Below are positions 14,699 through 16,473 of a DNA stretch of 16,473 nt, in pieces; the first letter of the stretch is position 1, and every line of letters begins with the position of its first letter. The translations under genes were made by a program, and so were the position numbers. Location of the stretch: the NCBI GenBank assembly GCA_034722435.1, contig JAYENX010000016.1, positions 1 through 16,473 of the forward strand, written 5' to 3'. The DNA is from Nanobdellota archaeon. GTDB lineage: Archaea > Nanobdellota > Nanobdellia > Woesearchaeales > JAHWHD01. The notes under the pieces were generated by a model that did no database searches, was not told where the DNA came from, and saw only the letters and a list, made by a program, of their open reading frames with translations.

Positions 14699-15151
14699 TT
14701 ATTTTTTGTTAGGTTCTAAAGATAATAATGAAGCTAGAAATATTATCAAAAAGAACACTATAAACGTAAAACCCCAGGTTAAAGACAATCTTGCGGAAAT
14801 AGTATAAACAGAGGTTACGATTAAACCAAACATACCCACCACCATGAATGAAGACGGTAAAGGTCGTCTCTTGAAAACCAGTTCCTTTTTTCTTGAGAAA
14901 GTTTTAAGTGTTCGGGGGTTTGTTTTCTTTTTTCTCGAAACAGTTCCTGTTTTATTAACTTTCTTTATAGAACGTTTTTTAGCAATCTTTTTCTTAACTG
15001 TTTTATTTTTAGTAGCTTTTTTCTTTATTGTCCTTTTAGAAGCCTTTTTAATAGATTTCTTTTTAAGTATTCTTTTCTTTTGAGATTTAGTTTTAGACTT
15101 AGATTTTATTTTAGATTTCTTTTTAGATGATTTTGATTTTTGTTTTGCCAT
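14699..15151 (-). CDS. Lysine-rich (histone H1-like composition) protein with two C-terminal TM helices
   Basis: GAGGTG SD precedes ATG 15151. 47 K/R and one acidic residue in the first 97 aa, then SSFMVVGMFGLIVTSVYTISA and LTWGFTFIVFFLIIFLASLLSL. Confidence 0.8.
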   Translation of the reverse strand: MAKQKSKSSKKKSKIKSKSKTKSQKKRILKKKSIKKASKRTIKKKATKNKTVKKKIAKKRSIKKVNKTGTVSRKKKTNPRTLKTFSRKKELVFKRRPLPSSFMVVGMFGLIVTSVYTISARLSLTWGFTFIVFFLIIFLASLLSLEPNKK

Positions 15152-15229
15152 GTCTAGCACCTCTTTTTAATGTTTAATGAAATTTAAGCTTAAATATGTT
15201 CCTATTTGTAACAACATGTAAAGCGTATT

Positions 15230-16342
15230 TTATTTGTAAATATATTTATCAATTAACTTTTCTGCATTTTTTCTTCTTTTTTGGTGTTCTGCAAGAAATT
15301 CGTTAATTTTTTCAATCAAAATTGCTTTAAGTTCTCCGCTAAGCAGTTTACCCGATTTATAATCTTCAGATATTTTATCGAGCTTTGCATCGTCATCTTC
15401 AAAATATCTTAACCATTGATATGATACGTCAATATCAGGATTTCCACCAAGTTTTCTATGTTCTTCAGCAGTATCCTGACCGCCCGAAAAGGCGTATTTG
15501 TTAATCTTCTTTTTAACAGTTTTTGCGTCGTCAGTTGTAAGTATTGCTTTTTCACTCTGGCTACTGGACATTTTCCCTTCAGGTCCAGTAAGTGAAGGCA
15601 TAAATTTAGAAAGTAATACTGCAGGTTTATGATATCCTAACTTTTCCACTACATCCCGGCTAATTCTAAAATGTGGATCTTGATCAATACCCATAGGGAT
15701 GAGACAAGGTTGTTTGGTTCCTCTCAAAGCATTAGGTAAAAAAACAGGAACAGTCTGCATTGCAGTATAAAAGATACTGCCAATATTATTAGAATCTGTA
15801 AACCCAAAAGCCGCTTTTATTGTTGAAAAAGTTATTTTTTTAGCTACTTTAATTGCTTCAGGATATAAAATTCCGGCATGTTTAGTATTAACTATAAAAT
15901 GCGTTTTCTTAGGATCGAAACCTAACGCGATTACATCCAACATATTATCATGAAGCCATTTTTGAGTCTCCTCATAAGTTTGGTTTTGCTTAAATAAAAA
16001 CTTTTCATCGTCTGTAAATTGAAACCACAACTCAACACCAAAAGTATCCTGAAGCCATTTAGTAAATATCCAAGGACCTAAATGTCCAATGTGAATAGGT
16101 CCAGAAGGTGCTCGTCCAGTATAAAGAAAAAATTTATTTCCTTTATCATACTCATCAAGAATCCATTTTAAATCGCGATGTGCAAAGAATATATTTCTTC
16201 TTAAAAAAGGATGAAGGTCTTTAGTAATTTTTTGAATACGTTTCAAATCAGATGACGAAATTTCTTTTACACCAAAATCAGTTATTAACTTAGTATAATC
16301 TATTGCACCTTCAACTTCATAAGGATTAACTACGGATACCAT
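15230..16342 (-). CDS. trpS: Tryptophan--tRNA ligase (archaeal/eukaryotic type)
   Basis: Motifs YTGRAPS, HIGH, QFTDDEKFL, IDQDPHFR, KMSSS and AFSGG. Confidence 0.96.
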   Translation of the reverse strand: MVSVVNPYEVEGAIDYTKLITDFGVKEISSSDLKRIQKITKDLHPFLRRNIFFAHRDLKWILDEYDKGNKFFLYTGRAPSGPIHIGHLGPWIFTKWLQDTFGVELWFQFTDDEKFLFKQNQTYEETQKWLHDNMLDVIALGFDPKKTHFIVNTKHAGILYPEAIKVAKKITFSTIKAAFGFTDSNNIGSIFYTAMQTVPVFLPNALRGTKQPCLIPMGIDQDPHFRISRDVVEKLGYHKPAVLLSKFMPSLTGPEGKMSSSQSEKAILTTDDAKTVKKKINKYAFSGGQDTAEEHRKLGGNPDIDVSYQWLRYFEDDDAKLDKISEDYKSGKLLSGELKAILIEKINEFLAEHQKRRKNAEKLIDKYIYK

Positions 16343-16473
16343 ACCAGAATTAAGTTATTATAAGATTTATAAATATTACTATTAATAATGCCATTTAAAA
16401 AAAAATAAAAAAATAAAAAAGTTAAGTTTTTATATTATAACTATTTAAATAAAAATTATAAATTAAATAAATA

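Noticed and set aside
10308-15083. ORFs 10308-10523(-), 11085-11321(-), 12275-12490(+) and 14844-15083(+)
   Set aside because: They overlap well-supported genes. The hydrophobic 14844-15083 ORF is simply the reverse complement of Lys codons.
16343-16473. Very AT-rich window end as a repeat or origin element
   Set aside because: It looks like an ordinary promoter/intergenic region upstream of trpS, and it is truncated by the window.

Overview
AT-rich archaeal genomic DNA, most likely DPANN (Woesearchaeales-like); the taxonomy is an inference from gene content. The minus strand carries a >1128-aa LamG-repeat surface glycoprotein gene that the ORF track misses because it runs off the left edge. 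It is coupled by an ATGA overlap to a 150-aa protein made of two nearly identical HTH units. Next come tRNA-Cys(GCA) with a T-loop intron, tRNA-Arg(UCU) with three introns, top6A, top6B, a Dim2/Pno1-like KH protein and RIO1. Further right are archaeal DnaG, a PrsA/SurA-like parvulin with a C-terminal CxxC domain, a HerA/FtsK-family ATPase, a small hypothetical, a membrane-anchored polybasic protein and TrpRS. The main unexplained signal is a 17-bp palindrome, TACTTAC-AWW-GTAAGTA, found 19 times in two intergenic arrays (12 copies at 3869-4282, 7 at 9061-9444). One array lies directly upstream of the tandem-HTH gene, and the two arrays bracket the tRNA-topo VI-rio1 block. This suggests a repeat-array/single-chain-dimer DNA-binding system, which is a hypothesis and not demonstrated. 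Several intergenic structured-RNA candidates are also present. All analysis was by eye; no searches or folding programs were run.
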